A DNA stretch of 63,857 nt, the filler included, from Craspedostauros australis (lineage: Eukaryota): NCBI GenBank assembly GCA_030167865.1. It is 21 parts of 21 records of this genome, joined end to end, with 100 filler letters (N's around TTAATTAATTAA, not from the genome) between each part and the next. Parts side by side here need not be neighbours in the genome. Positions count along the whole stretch, not along the records: positions 1 to 1,046 come from JALAGF010001363.1; positions 1,147 to 4,311 come from JALAGF010001364.1; positions 4,412 to 7,448 come from JALAGF010001365.1; positions 7,549 to 10,089 come from JALAGF010001366.1; positions 10,190 to 11,610 come from JALAGF010001368.1; 16 more parts are not named here. One strand, written 5' to 3'. Under the pieces are notes generated by a model. That model saw only the letters and a program-made list of their open reading frames with translations. It searched no databases and was not told the origin of the DNA. Position 1 is the first letter of the stretch, and every line of letters begins with the position of its first letter. Shown here one piece after another: positions 1-11,527 of the stretch. The position numbers and the translations under genes were made by a program.

Positions 1-1
1 C

Positions 2-1045
2 ATCGGGTGTGAAGTTGTCCGGGTCGGTGAGGTTGACGGGGACGCCGTCCACCAGGATCTGGCTTCCATCAGGGATGCTTGTTTCGTTGATTTGGAACGA
101 TTCGAATGCCTCGGAACCGTCTGGATCAGACGTAACGTTAATAGTACCAACCTTCAAGTCAATGCCCGTTACTGGATCCTCGATGTCTGACACGTTCGGA
201 AGGATGACCAGATCGGAAACCACCGGATCCACCGGGATGACGAATGAATCGACCGAGGTAGCACGAGGGATGGCGACTTCGCCGTCCTCGGTTGGATTGG
301 ACTCAATGGCCGTCACGATGACCGTCACGTTGATGTCCTCTCCATTTCCAAACCCTGGTCTGATCTCCAGCTCTTCCATCGCTTCTTCGATCTGGCTGGC
401 GTTGCCTGTCAGCGTCACCACGCCATCGATGATGGTGATGTTCACGTCTGGGTAGGATGCGTTGTTGGGGAATCTCACCACCGGCACGCTGCCGTTTCCT
501 GGCGTCGTCAGAATGATCGCCACGTTCTCGAACGTCTCCGATCCATCGAAGTCGTTCAGGCTCACGTTGACTGGGTAGTTCTTCAGTGGCGAGTTCTCGG
601 CGACGGTCACCATGGTCTCATTTCCAGCCTCTACGGATGGCTGATCGACCACGGCGAGCACTGTCACGTAGTACTTCAGCGAGAACGAGTCTTCGACTGT
701 CGTCACGCCATTCGAGTCTGTCACCGTTCCGTTCAGCTGGACGACGAAGTTCTTGTCGTCATCGTCGGCCAGGGTGATGTTGAAGCTCTCCAGCACGGTC
801 AGCACCTCGGTGCTGTTGGCTCCGCTGAGGGTGATTGTGGTTCCAGCTGGTCCCTCGGTCACGTTCACCGTGACGCCCGGGATTCCGTTGTGGCTGGTGG
901 TCTGCAGGTTGGGTGGCAGGCCGGACACGAGCAGATCCAAGGATTCGGATCCGTCCGTGTCGTCGAGGGAGTCGGCAGAGATGTTGAGCAGCTCGCCGAG
1001 CTCCACGATCAGGTCTGTGTCGGCGGTCACCGTCATGACGTTCTC
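2..1045 (-). CDS. Internal fragment of a large extracellular adhesin-like protein with bacterial Ig/cadherin-like DxDGSE repeats (partial at both ends)
   Basis: Manually translated stop-free 348-codon frame, absent from the ORF track: ENVMTVTADTDL...DDTDGSESLDLLVSGLP...VTVLAVVDQPSV...LNDFDGSETFENV...IPVDPVVSD...SDPDGSEAFESF. Acidic, V/T-rich, Cys-free, three DxDGSE motifs. Confidence 0.75.
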
Positions 1046-1046
1046 G

Positions 1047-1146
1047 NNNNNNNNNNNNNNNNNNNNNNNNNNNNNNNNNNNNNNNNNNNNTTAATTAATT
1101 AANNNNNNNNNNNNNNNNNNNNNNNNNNNNNNNNNNNNNNNNNNNN
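1047..1146. other. Artificial contig linker (N-run + TTAATTAATTAA + N-run); first of 20
   Basis: Same 12-mer with stops in all six frames between N runs at 1091, 4356, 7493, 10134, 11655, 24532, 26414, 28296, 29985, 33739, 35700, 39341, 40992, 42477, 44266, 48202, 51846, 53896, 59456, 62392, giving 21 independent contigs. Confidence 0.98.
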
Positions 1147-1147
1147 A

Positions 1148-4100
1148 CTGGATCTTCTGGCGTCCCTTCTCACCGACACTGGTCTCAACGACTTCATGTT
1201 GCTCGGTGCGATCCGACAGGAGACAGATCCACACAACCATCAAGCGATGGAGCTCTCGCCACATGCACCCTTGCAAACATCGTTTCTCGACCGGCTGCTG
1301 TCCCAGGATGACGTCAACGTCGACGTCAACCAGAGCACCAAACAACTGGAGCAGATCACCCTGGGCGATTTATCCGTGACAGACTGCACCCAGTGGCTGT
1401 CTCGCCTCCTTCTTCGATCCCGTGATGACGACGACCTCAAGGTGCTGGTATCCAAGATCCACAACAAGACCCACGGCAACGTCTACTTCACGCTCCAGGC
1501 CATCGAAGAGCTTAAGAGACGGGGCGTCATCCTTCACAATCGCACCTCCAAGAGATGGGAATGGGATCTGAATCAATCCACCGGCGGCGGTGGTGATCTT
1601 CCCATCGGTGACAACATCGTGGCCATCATCGAGATGCAGCTCAAGGATCAACCACACGATCTCCAATATGCTCTATCAGTCGCATCCTACATTCGATCAA
1701 CCTTCGATATCCATGTGCTACAGGTGGTGCTGCAGCATGTGAATGATCAAGGCGGGTTGGATATGATGTTCCAAAGAGGACGAGAAGGAGTGACAGCAGA
1801 AGGAGGAGTCGCACAGATGACCATGCCGGAAGCTTCCGCATGGACGATCGATCGACTGCACTCTGTTCTGGACAAGGCTCTTCTGGAGGGCCTCATCACG
1901 AACTCCATCGGTGACAGTCGGTATCACTTCGCACATGATCGCGTCCAGCAGGCAGCTCATGGGTTGATTCCTTTCGGCGAGGCCCGCAACAAGCTCCGGT
2001 TGCAGATTGGTCACTGTCTCCTGGACATATACCAAAAGTTCAAAATGACAGCAGCAGCGACATTGATCGCTGATCAAGAGGACGATCAAGAGGAAGGTCA
2101 AGAGGGACACAACGATGCCGAAGGACCTACAGGCACCAAGCATGCAAGCCACCATCGTCGCCACCACCACCACCACCAGCAGCAAGATGATCAGCATCTC
2201 ATCAGAGATGTTGATAGTCTGCTCTTCATTGCGGCTAATCATCTCAACAGCACGCCAACCAAGGATCATCTGTTCCTCGTCACCTTCAACCTCGAAGTCG
2301 GCCAGAAGGCACTCCAGATGGCCGCGCTGTCGTCAGCGGCCACCTACCTGCAGAAGGCATCCCTAGCGCTGCAACGCGTGCGCAATCCGTGGGAGGATCA
2401 CTATGATCTGTGTCTGGAGCTGTTCCGATGCCGGTCGGAGGTGGAGCTATCGTTGGGAAACTTCGAGACCGGCCACAACATCGGCAATGCCATCATCAAG
2501 AAGGCGCGGACGCTGGACGAGAAGCTCCCGACCTACTTCGTCATGGCCAAGGCACTTGGACGAGAGGAGAAGGTGGCAGAGTCTCTTTCAATGAGCGTAT
2601 CCGTAGCGCGGAATTTGGGCGAGTCTCCTCGACGGTTTTACCTTTTCCACGTGACGAATGATCTCATGCGGATCAAGGCCTTCCTCAAGAACAACACGGA
2701 CGAGAAAATTCTGAATCTCCCGGTTCAAAGCGAGTTCAGAACAATCATGGCGATGAAGTTCGTCCACGAAACTGAATTCCGTTCTTTCTTCTCGGGTGCC
2801 TGGCTGCAATGGCTTGTGCACGCGTTGAAACAGATCCGCATGACATTCCGACATGGAATCTGCGATGACTCTGCACCAGCATTTGCGGTGCTGAGTGTCA
2901 TCTTCGATATCTGCAACGAAGATCGAAGTTTGGTGGCGCGGTGTGCTGGCATTGCGCACAAGCTCTTGCGAATCGCAGGCGGGCCGGAAGAGATTGCTTG
3001 GGTTCATTTCGTCGCGTCTGGAGCGATCTACGTAAGCAGCGAGCCCCATGAGAAATGCATCAAGGCCCTGGACCAAGGCTATTCCCTTGGAATGGAATCT
3101 GGGAACTTCGAGCTAGGACTGATGAACTTTCAAAACCGCAACATATTGGCGTTTCACTTTGGATGCAAGCTTCAGCCTTTGGTGGGAAGTCTGGAGAATG
3201 TCCTCAAGCAATACCAAGTCTACAATATCAAAATGAACACTGGCTTATCTGAGGCACTATTGATGGCGTCGGAATACTTGACTGGTGACCAACCAACCGA
3301 TTGGGATGCCATCAAGGGACAGACACAGCAGGACCTGAAGAAACATGTCAGTGACGCAAATCGGTTGATGCCGAGATACTCTGCGTTGCTGTTGCCGACC
3401 GTCCTCTTGCACAAATACGAACTCGCACAGCAAATGACCAAGCTGTACTATGGTTTACCAGATCACTCCAAGAACTATTGCTACGAGATTACCGTCATCC
3501 TCGCCCAAGGGCTCTCCTCGTCTGCCTTGTACCATGCCACAGGCAAGGTCAAACACAAGAAGGAGCTGAAGCGGCAAATCAGCCTTGCCAGAGCCTTCGT
3601 CATCAACAAGGGAAGCAATGCAACGAGCCTCTTGCAGTTGCTCAAGGCCGAGAAGATCTCCTTGAAGGCCAAAGGATGCGACCTCGCAAGCATCCGCCGC
3701 GCAGAAGACGCCTACGGTGTGGCCATCGTCGTGGCCCAGAAGTCATCGTTGACTCATCATTGCGCCATTGCTTGCGAGCAGGCTGCCGAACACTTCATTC
3801 GAGCGCTCGAGAGAGTCGCTCGCGACAAGCGCAACCCGAACATGTACGCTTCGCAGACCTCTCTCCACGATTCAATCTGTAAGTACATGGCACGTGCTGT
3901 GCAATACTACAGAGACTGGGGATGTTCTGTCAAGGTCAAGGATATCCAAGAGCGCAGATCCAAGTACTTGAACCTTGAAGATGAGCGCGGCGAAGCGCAG
4001 CTTCAGGGTGATGACCACAAGAATGCTCATAAACGTGTTGTCGATGTTGACATCCACAACACAATGGGGTCCTTGGCTGATGCATCATCGTCACGTAATG

Positions 4101-4309
4101 GACAATCATCGAAGTGGCGGGCTGGAGTGGATGTGAACGATCACAAGACCAAATGGATGCAAAGCTCAGCGAAGGGCAGCGCTTCTGGGAGAGGGGGCAG
4201 CATGCCGTACATGCCCAACGATCATAGCGGCACGATGCATCAAAGCCACACCGATTGCGAAAAGCACGAAGACGATGATGTTTCCGTGTTGACGGATGCG
4301 TCAGGTTGA
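1148..4309 (+). CDS. STAND-class AAA ATPase / TPR-like signalling protein (COG3899-like), 5'-partial
   Basis: Frame open from the contig start (LDLLASLLTD...). Motifs KTHGNVYF, W.WD, YHFAHDRVQQAA, NLEVGQKA..MAA...A..Y and A..YY.DWG...KV. The P-loop lies upstream of the contig. Confidence 0.8.
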   Translation: MDLLASLLTDTGLNDFMLLGAIRQETDPHNHQAMELSPHAPLQTSFLDRLLSQDDVNVDVNQSTKQLEQITLGDLSVTDCTQWLSRLLLRSRDDDDLKVLVSKIHNKTHGNVYFTLQAIEELKRRGVILHNRTSKRWEWDLNQSTGGGGDLPIGDNIVAIIEMQLKDQPHDLQYALSVASYIRSTFDIHVLQVVLQHVNDQGGLDMMFQRGREGVTAEGGVAQMTMPEASAWTIDRLHSVLDKALLEGLITNSIGDSRYHFAHDRVQQAAHGLIPFGEARNKLRLQIGHCLLDIYQKFKMTAAATLIADQEDDQEEGQEGHNDAEGPTGTKHASHHRRHHHHHQQQDDQHLIRDVDSLLFIAANHLNSTPTKDHLFLVTFNLEVGQKALQMAALSSAATYLQKASLALQRVRNPWEDHYDLCLELFRCRSEVELSLGNFETGHNIGNAIIKKARTLDEKLPTYFVMAKALGREEKVAESLSMSVSVARNLGESPRRFYLFHVTNDLMRIKAFLKNNTDEKILNLPVQSEFRTIMAMKFVHETEFRSFFSGAWLQWLVHALKQIRMTFRHGICDDSAPAFAVLSVIFDICNEDRSLVARCAGIAHKLLRIAGGPEEIAWVHFVASGAIYVSSEPHEKCIKALDQGYSLGMESGNFELGLMNFQNRNILAFHFGCKLQPLVGSLENVLKQYQVYNIKMNTGLSEALLMASEYLTGDQPTDWDAIKGQTQQDLKKHVSDANRLMPRYSALLLPTVLLHKYELAQQMTKLYYGLPDHSKNYCYEITVILAQGLSSSALYHATGKVKHKKELKRQISLARAFVINKGSNATSLLQLLKAEKISLKAKGCDLASIRRAEDAYGVAIVVAQKSSLTHHCAIACEQAAEHFIRALERVARDKRNPNMYASQTSLHDSICKYMARAVQYYRDWGCSVKVKDIQERRSKYLNLEDERGEAQLQGDDHKNAHKRVVDVDIHNTMGSLADASSSRNGQSSKWRAGVDVNDHKTKWMQSSAKGSASGRGGSMPYMPNDHSGTMHQSHTDCEKHEDDDVSVLTDASG

Positions 4310-4411
4310 TCNNNNNNNNNNNNNNNNNNNNNNNNNNNNNNNNNNNNNNNNNNNNTTAATTAATTAANNNNNNNNNNNNNNNNNNNNNNNNNNNNNNNNN
4401 NNNNNNNNNNN

Positions 4412-7400
4412 GGTGCCGGGTACGCGGTTGCTACCGGCACGTCATCATCGGTTGGTCCCTCCGGTGGTGTAGGGACCTCTGGTTGCTCATCCTGGGTTGT
4501 GGGAGGCACTGGTTCTGCCGTCTCGGTAGGTTCTTCCACGGTCGTGGTGGGGGCCCTATCTGTGTTGATGGTCCCACTTGTGGATTTCTTGGCGGACCTG
4601 ACCTGTTTGATCATCTTGATTCCCGATGTTCCCGAGGAAATGGTGGAGTCCTCGGATTCGTCGAAGAGCCCCTTTCTCTTGGGGCGGTTGCTTTGCTTGC
4701 TGCTGGCTCCAGAATTGGGTCGTCGTGACGCTTGATTTCGCTTGGTCGATTTGCCTTCTGGTCGGTAGATGGACCCAGAATCGTCACTGTCTCCGGGCTC
4801 TGGAGCGGACGCGCTGTCCACGGAATGGTCGGTTGGGATCACGGGCTTTGGGCGTACCTTGTCGGTATACCCTTGTCCATCTCGCGTGGCGGTCAAGATT
4901 TTGGATGCTGGTGATGGTCGTGATGATTGCCTGATGGGGGGTCTGGGGTGGCTGGTTACCGCTCCACTTGCGATCTCTGCTTCCACGTCAATCACACTTC
5001 CTAGGTCCTGCGATTCTTGATCTCCATCGTGGCACGCCTCTGGTTCAGATTCCTGATGGCTGGCTTCTTCTGCGGTCATCTTTTCGTCGAAGTATCCGTC
5101 AGGGATCTCATCCAGGAACCTACCTTCTGGTGTCTCTCCCACTTCGAGACTGGGACGGGTGTCTTCGAGGGATGGTATTCCGTCGACCATGTCATCCTCA
5201 TCGGTAGGGGGAAAAGGATCGTTCGCGAGTGCTTTCTTCTCTCATGCGAGGTTGACAGGAAGGGTGTCACTTTGTTTTCGGACCATTCGTGCCTTCCTTG
5301 CGCGTGCGAGGATGATTGGGATCCGGTTCTTCCTCACCTTGAAGAAGTGGCAAATGGATGGCTTCCGCATGGTTGCGCGGAACTCGTCGGGTGGTTCGCC
5401 CCATGCGCCGTCTTGAGCGGGGTAGAAGCACTGGCCATCGGCTATGGCGATGCTGAGGACCTCGGTGGTTTGGAGGTTGTTATCCAGGTATTCGGAGAGG
5501 GTGAGAGGGTAGATGGATTGTTTCTCTACGTGGGAAATACGGCCGGCTGGTGTGTTCCTGTTTCCCTTCGTGCAGAAGATTCGGACTCTGCGGCCACTGT
5601 ATCCGACGACGATTCCTTGGAAGGGTCCCTTCTTTCCTGCGGGATATAGCACCCTGGATCCGGGGACGGGACAATGGATGCCCTTGTAGAACGGGGTGTA
5701 CTTTGGAAACGTCATGGTGGGTGTTCTTGTCTGTTGTGGGGTGAGGATGTGTCCGGGATCCTGATTGTGGCAGCTCCGTTTTTGAGGGGAAGGCATGTTC
5801 ATGTTGCGAAATGCAAAAGCGGATGCGGTCGCGTTCCGTGCCAGGTCTTCCTGGAGTTCAGCAATCAGCATGTCACACCTGTACGTTTCGTGCTCAGGTG
5901 TGACGAAAGCCCGAGGTGTCAGGCCCGTGTGGAAGGAAGTTTCACAGTTACCTTCTGTGATGGCTGGCATGGTTGCTCCAGGTGGCGGTTTCCGGAACCT
6001 GGTCGATGTGGTGACGTGTGATTGGGTGCTCGGTATGATGGGCCCTGTCTCCAGCATGTCTCTTGGGTAGTAGAGGACGTCGCTTCCACATGAGGGGTTG
6101 ATACTCGAGAATGTGCTGAATTCGTCGGTGAGGGCTGATGGTGGTGTGTCACCACGCCGGATCAGGAATTTGTCGGTTGGCGCGCCAGCTGGTTCGTGGT
6201 TCTGATTCGTGGTACGGTTGTCGGTCATGTCGTATACGACACTGGAATTTCGCGTCTGTTGGCAGTTGGGCGAGGCCGGTGTGCTTTTGGCGCGTTTGAC
6301 GGGTCTGGGTGGTTTCCTTTGTGCCGTTTCGAGGGGGTTCGGTTCTCGTTGGGTTCTGGTTAGCCGAAGGGTTTTCGATGTCGGGCTGTATTTCATGGAG
6401 GTCTGTTGATACCTTGCCATGTTCACGCTCATAGTGTGTTCTTCCTCCGGCGGTGGTGGTTCTTGCGTCTCCGTGGCCATTAGATCGGGGTCATTGTCTG
6501 CTCTGGTCGTCCTGCTCTTTGTTATGGCTTGTGATATGGTTTTGCTGTGGTATCCGGACTCATGGATTGAGTTCCGGAATATCGTTCTCGACGTGATGTG
6601 GTGGAATGGTGTTTTGGAAAGAGGCTTGGTTAGTATGTCGGCGATGTTGTCAACCGACGCAATGTGGGCGAACACGATGATTCCAGCGGCGATGCATTCC
6701 CGGATTTGGTGGAAAGCCAATGAACAGTGTTTCTTCTTCGGCGTTGAGGATGGGACCGTAGTATTGAGTACCACCGCTTTGTTGTCTCCGAGCATGATTG
6801 CGGGTCCGTCGATGGGGACTCCGAGGTCTCTCAGCATGTATCGCAGACCTGTGACCGCCTCGGTAGCTATCCTGGCTGCTACCAATTCGGACCCGTAGGT
6901 GGAAGTCTCCACTGTGTTCTGTCGCTTGCAGATGGTCTTGACGATGGTGTTGTTGATCAATAGTACCACACCCGTCATGGACTTCCGTGTGACCTGGTCA
7001 TGGCCGTGGTCGGCGTCCACGTAACATGTGATTTGGACCGGTTTCCCTTTTGGTGTTGGTACTGATACGGGGGTGACTTCTGCTGCGGTAGGGTAGAATT
7101 CTCTCCAATGGCTTGAGAGGGTGGTGTCGATGTTCGNGTGGTCCACTGGNTTGGGGTCGCAGAGGATGGCTCCCCTTTCTCGACCTTTGAGGTACCCAAT
7201 GATACGTTGGATGGTCAGGAGATGTCCTTCCCTTGGTGCCATAGCGAACCGTGCCATCGTCGTCGTGGCGTATTGGATGTCCAGTCTCCCAAGAGTCACG
7301 ACCCAATTGAGGCAACCCAGTATCGATCGGTAGGTCCTGGCGTCTTCAGCGCTTGTGAAGTCCAAGGTGTCGCTTTCTGGGTGACAGGCCTCTACCATGG

Positions 7401-7448
7401 GAGTGGATGCCTTCGGGATTGTCTTCCCTACTAGTTGCTCCACTCGTT
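4412..7448 (-). mobile_element. Ty1/copia (CoDi-like) pol 3' part: RT C-terminus + RNase H + long in-frame extension
   Basis: YRSILGCLNW.VTLGRLDI, YVDADHGHDQVTRKSMTG, ETSTYGSELVAAR, GDNKAVV, NIADILTKPL. The track ORFs 5242-7443 and 4360-5190 are one frame separated by a single TGA at 5242-5244. Confidence 0.92.
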
Positions 7449-8233
7449 NNNNNNNNNNNNNNNNNNNNNNNNNNNNNNNNNNNNNNNNNNNNTTAATTAA
7501 TTAANNNNNNNNNNNNNNNNNNNNNNNNNNNNNNNNNNNNNNNNNNNNTGCCAATACTATAAAAGGAAACGCTAATCATACTACAACTCTTGGAACAAGC
7601 TATATGATGGAAGGGCACAGTGTGCATGAAAGGAGATGGACAAATAGCACATGTCGATGGTAGAAACAAGGGAGGAAGTAGAGGGTAGCACGACGATACA
7701 TGCACAACAGAGGTTATGAAAACTGATGCCAACGCATGCGAGGGAGGAAATCACAAAAAAACTCCCAAATTGCCGTTGGAGGAGCGATTTGAGAGGAAGA
7801 CACGAGACGAGACCCGGATGAAAAGCGAGAGTTGAGTTATGAACGCTCTTTTTGGGGCGTTCATAACTCAACTCCAGGATTTCATAATTTTTTCGATTGA
7901 CGTTATACGCTCGTTTCGGTCCTGGTCACCCCCTGTTCGGAAGGTATCTTGTGTTCATAATGGAGTGATCTGATTGGCTTAGAAGCCGATATTATGAAAT
8001 TATGACCCTTACAACCACCTCCACTACCATGCCATGCATCGAACTCGCCTGCGTGGTATCCATGTCCGTGCTGAGAGGAGACGAAGCAGCCACACTCAAA
8101 CACAGAGAGGCTGTCGTGTTCCAATGAACATCTGCGCATAATCGCACATGATCGCACAAGATCGCACATGGACTGCCCGAGTACGCAAAACAGACTATAA
8201 TACTATGTGAGTATTGCAAGCAACATCACAAGC

Positions 8234-9850
8234 ATGAAAATGTGTGATCACAACAAGGCGAGGAGCCGCGATAGCGATGGTGAGAAGAAAGCAGAAGCAA
8301 GTACAAATGAACGGAACGGCAACACGATGAAGAACCGCGCGTTTGGTATCGTATCCATGCGATCGATGTGGTTCCTGGCAATCTTGGGCATCTGCCTTCA
8401 TTTGCTGGCGCACACGACCCTGGAATCGGCTACATGTCCGCTCCGCGCCAGCTATTCCGAGCCTGTCGGTACCCCCAGTCCGATCGTCACCACCGACGGT
8501 GCGTCAACTTCTGAGCAGAACAACGATGCGTTCGCAGGCAATGACAAGGACATTGGCAACGACAACGGCAAGGACAATGACAACGTCAGCGACAAGTCAG
8601 ACCAACACTTGCCGTCGGCCAAAATGCCGCAGTTCATTCTTCACATCGGACCACCAAAAACTGCCACCACCACCATCCAGGAAGATCTGCATGATCTTCA
8701 GAAGGAAAATCATCTCCTTGAGGATGGGTACGTGTACTACGGCGCCACTGAAATAATGTCCAAGTACAAAGAGCATGCCCTCACATGCCTTGACGTGCTC
8801 AAAAGTGGCCCATGCTTGAAAAGGACATATCCTGCCTTCTTGAACAACAAACGGACGCATGAACCCACAAATCGCGACATCACGTATCCGTTGGCTCCAG
8901 AATGCGCCCTTCCAGCCAAGATGATGCTCGATCAACTCAGGGACGATGGCAAGTCGGTGATCCTTAGCGATGAAGAGTATGCACATCTAATCCCAACAGA
9001 CCTGCTTCAAACTCCAGCATTCCTCGAGAGTTTCAGGGATGTGTTGCAAGGTTGGAACATCACCATGGTGGCAACCTACCGTCGCACCGCCGATTGGATG
9101 CTGAGCAGCTTGAAGCAGAACCATGCTAGTCACATGATGGGAGGCAACGTGCCGCACAATAAATGGCCAGTAGATGGCGGTGCGGCATTTTTCGGAACCA
9201 TGCCATCCTTCCGAGCATGGATGCGTCATTCACGTGCGCGATGGAATTCCAAGAACGGAGGATTCATTGCTGCCAAACTCTTTCGCGACTTCATAGGCGC
9301 CACCCAGGGACACCGCAACAACGGATTCCGCATCCACGTCTTGAACTTTCACGACAAACATCACGTCACGAAGCAGCTTCTGTGTGATTTCATCCAGGAT
9401 GCTCCGATGTCATGCCAGCGACTACAAGAGAAAACAGAGCGTTCAGAGAACTCCCGGAATCTCCCTTACTTTCTGTACAACAACATCGTCTTTGCAGCCG
9501 CCGAGCGCAACATCATCGATGCAGCAACGCAAGTCACGAATACAAGAGGCAATATGACCAATGTATTGGTGACGTACCATCGCGACACTTTGGGCAAGAG
9601 TATTGTGGATCTTCCCTTGGCCTGTCCTCCCGATGCTGAACTTGAAGACATCCTGGCGATGTCACTCTCCAATGAACGACTGGCCATGCCCGAATGGGCG
9701 GCATCGCCAGGAGTGGAAGAAGCCCATCGAGCATCCTTCCATCGTATGGCGTATGAGAAGCGCCTGTTCTGCGACATCAACATGGATCGGCTGTTTGAGG
9801 GCGTGACGACGTGGGATGGACTGTTGGAAAGGATGAAGGCACCATGGTAG
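8234..9850 (+). CDS. Type II membrane P-loop protein, sulfotransferase-like fold
   Basis: First in-frame ATG at 8234 (track start 8207 is GTG). Hydrophobic anchor MWFLAILGICLHLLA, low-complexity stem, then FILHIGPPKTATTTIQ (5'-PSB-like), VILSDEEY and VATYRR..DW..S. Confidence 0.7.
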   Translation: MKMCDHNKARSRDSDGEKKAEASTNERNGNTMKNRAFGIVSMRSMWFLAILGICLHLLAHTTLESATCPLRASYSEPVGTPSPIVTTDGASTSEQNNDAFAGNDKDIGNDNGKDNDNVSDKSDQHLPSAKMPQFILHIGPPKTATTTIQEDLHDLQKENHLLEDGYVYYGATEIMSKYKEHALTCLDVLKSGPCLKRTYPAFLNNKRTHEPTNRDITYPLAPECALPAKMMLDQLRDDGKSVILSDEEYAHLIPTDLLQTPAFLESFRDVLQGWNITMVATYRRTADWMLSSLKQNHASHMMGGNVPHNKWPVDGGAAFFGTMPSFRAWMRHSRARWNSKNGGFIAAKLFRDFIGATQGHRNNGFRIHVLNFHDKHHVTKQLLCDFIQDAPMSCQRLQEKTERSENSRNLPYFLYNNIVFAAAERNIIDAATQVTNTRGNMTNVLVTYHRDTLGKSIVDLPLACPPDAELEDILAMSLSNERLAMPEWAASPGVEEAHRASFHRMAYEKRLFCDINMDRLFEGVTTWDGLLERMKAPW

Positions 9851-10204
9851 TGACATTGGGCCACCGACGACAGCGAAGCATGGTCAAAAGAGAGATCCAG
9901 GTTTGTTGTTCCAGTGAAAAATAAGACATTCACAACGCACTCATTCGTCCGAGTATAGTGCCATACGCTACACTGTGGCATCTCTCTCTTTCTTTGCTTG
10001 AGTTGCTCTCTCTTTCTCTCTCTAGTCGAACGAGGTCATGGATTGTTCGGAGAAACTGTGCATCAACTCTCTGCTCGTACCATCTATGGNNNNNNNNNNN
10101 NNNNNNNNNNNNNNNNNNNNNNNNNNNNNNNNNTTAATTAATTAANNNNNNNNNNNNNNNNNNNNNNNNNNNNNNNNNNNNNNNNNNNNAAAACGAATCG
10201 ATTC

Positions 10205-10466
10205 CATGGGAAATCGAGGCTGTCGCATGGGAAATCGAGGCTGTCGCGTGGGAAATCAAGGCTGTCGCGTGGGAATTTTGATGCATTGTTTCCCACGGAG
10301 TCCAAGACAATCGATCGTATAAACTGTACTGCCACCTACGTACGTCTCAAACACATGGGAAAACAGAACGCTGCGCTCCCATGGGAACACAGAAATATCC
10401 CATGCATGAAGACAAATTTCCCATGGAACGTTATTTTTTCCCATGGANCGTTATTTTTTCCCATGC
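10205..10466. repeat. Three 21-bp tandem units (CATGGGAAATCGAGGCTGTCG) plus dispersed CATGGGAA/TTCCCATG motifs in both orientations; probable DNA-transposon subterminal region
   Basis: Units at 10205, 10226, 10247; further motif copies to about 10466. Transposon role is inferred. Confidence 0.6.
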
Positions 10467-10891
10467 GACACTTCTCATTTGGCATGCGTGTCCACATTTT
10501 CCCAAACTCACATTTTGCTTCCCACAGCCCACCCACCCGTCGGCGCGCGAGGAAAACTGCCGATGAACGCATCGATGAATGCCAATCTTGGCCTTGAATA
10601 GTGTGTGTAGATGTACCAACTGAATTGTTGATCGTGTTGCTCACTCGTAGTCTGCCTGGTATCCAAAGTAGGCATCCTGCAGTTTGTATCTGAAAGTGAC
10701 AGTTGCTGTTGATCGCTGTTTTGAATTAGTTGATAGGACTGCGGTTTGAAACGAATGAGCAGCAATGACAGCAGCTGATGTGGAGCGCGGCTGATTCAGA
10801 CAGCACTGCCATCTGAGGATTGTCTTGTGTTGCCACTGCGTGTGAGCAGAGCAAAGGTGTAGGCAAGTTGCAAGCCTCACATTTCGAGATC

Positions 10892-11360
10892 ATGGCTCCC
10901 ACAACACCAGCAGCTGATAATCCATCACAGAAACCATACACCGAGTGGAAAGGTACCAGCGACGACGCAACGTACATCATCGGTGGACTCTTCCGCAACG
11001 AAATCGCCCCCAACTTCAAACGGTTCATCGCCAACCATCCTGACTGGATCCAGGCACCACCAGGCAAGAACTACAACCGCAACAACCTGCGTGGCAACTT
11101 CAGAACCTGCATCAATCGTCTCAAGCTACACAGGGAAGGGAAGAATCAACGTAAGTACACGAGTTGGATTGCTGTGTCACGAGCATGCCTGATCAAACTC
11201 ACATGCTGCTGCTGCTACTACTGCTTCCATTCTCGTTCAGGCCTGCCAACTGACTTCAAACGCCAAGCTGGCCTCCCTGCTACACCAGACAGGAACAGGG
11301 ACATCACAGTAACAGAGCGCAGTGGCTTGGCCATTCAACCAGGCGACGCATTTGGAGAGA

Positions 11361-11395
<35 letters not shown>

Positions 11396-11527
11396 GGCTT
11401 CGTTGACAACGATCACGAAAGCGATATCAGCTTGGAGAGCATCGATCTCGATAGTGGCAACACCACCACCACCAACAGCAACAACAACAATGACAATAAC
11501 AATAACAATAACAATAACAATAACAAT

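Noticed and set aside
1091..1102. Regularly recurring TTAATTAATTAA palindrome
   Set aside because: Always centred in N runs; a synthetic six-frame-stop linker. Track ORFs ending in LIN or N are artefacts, and cross-linker gene order is not biological.
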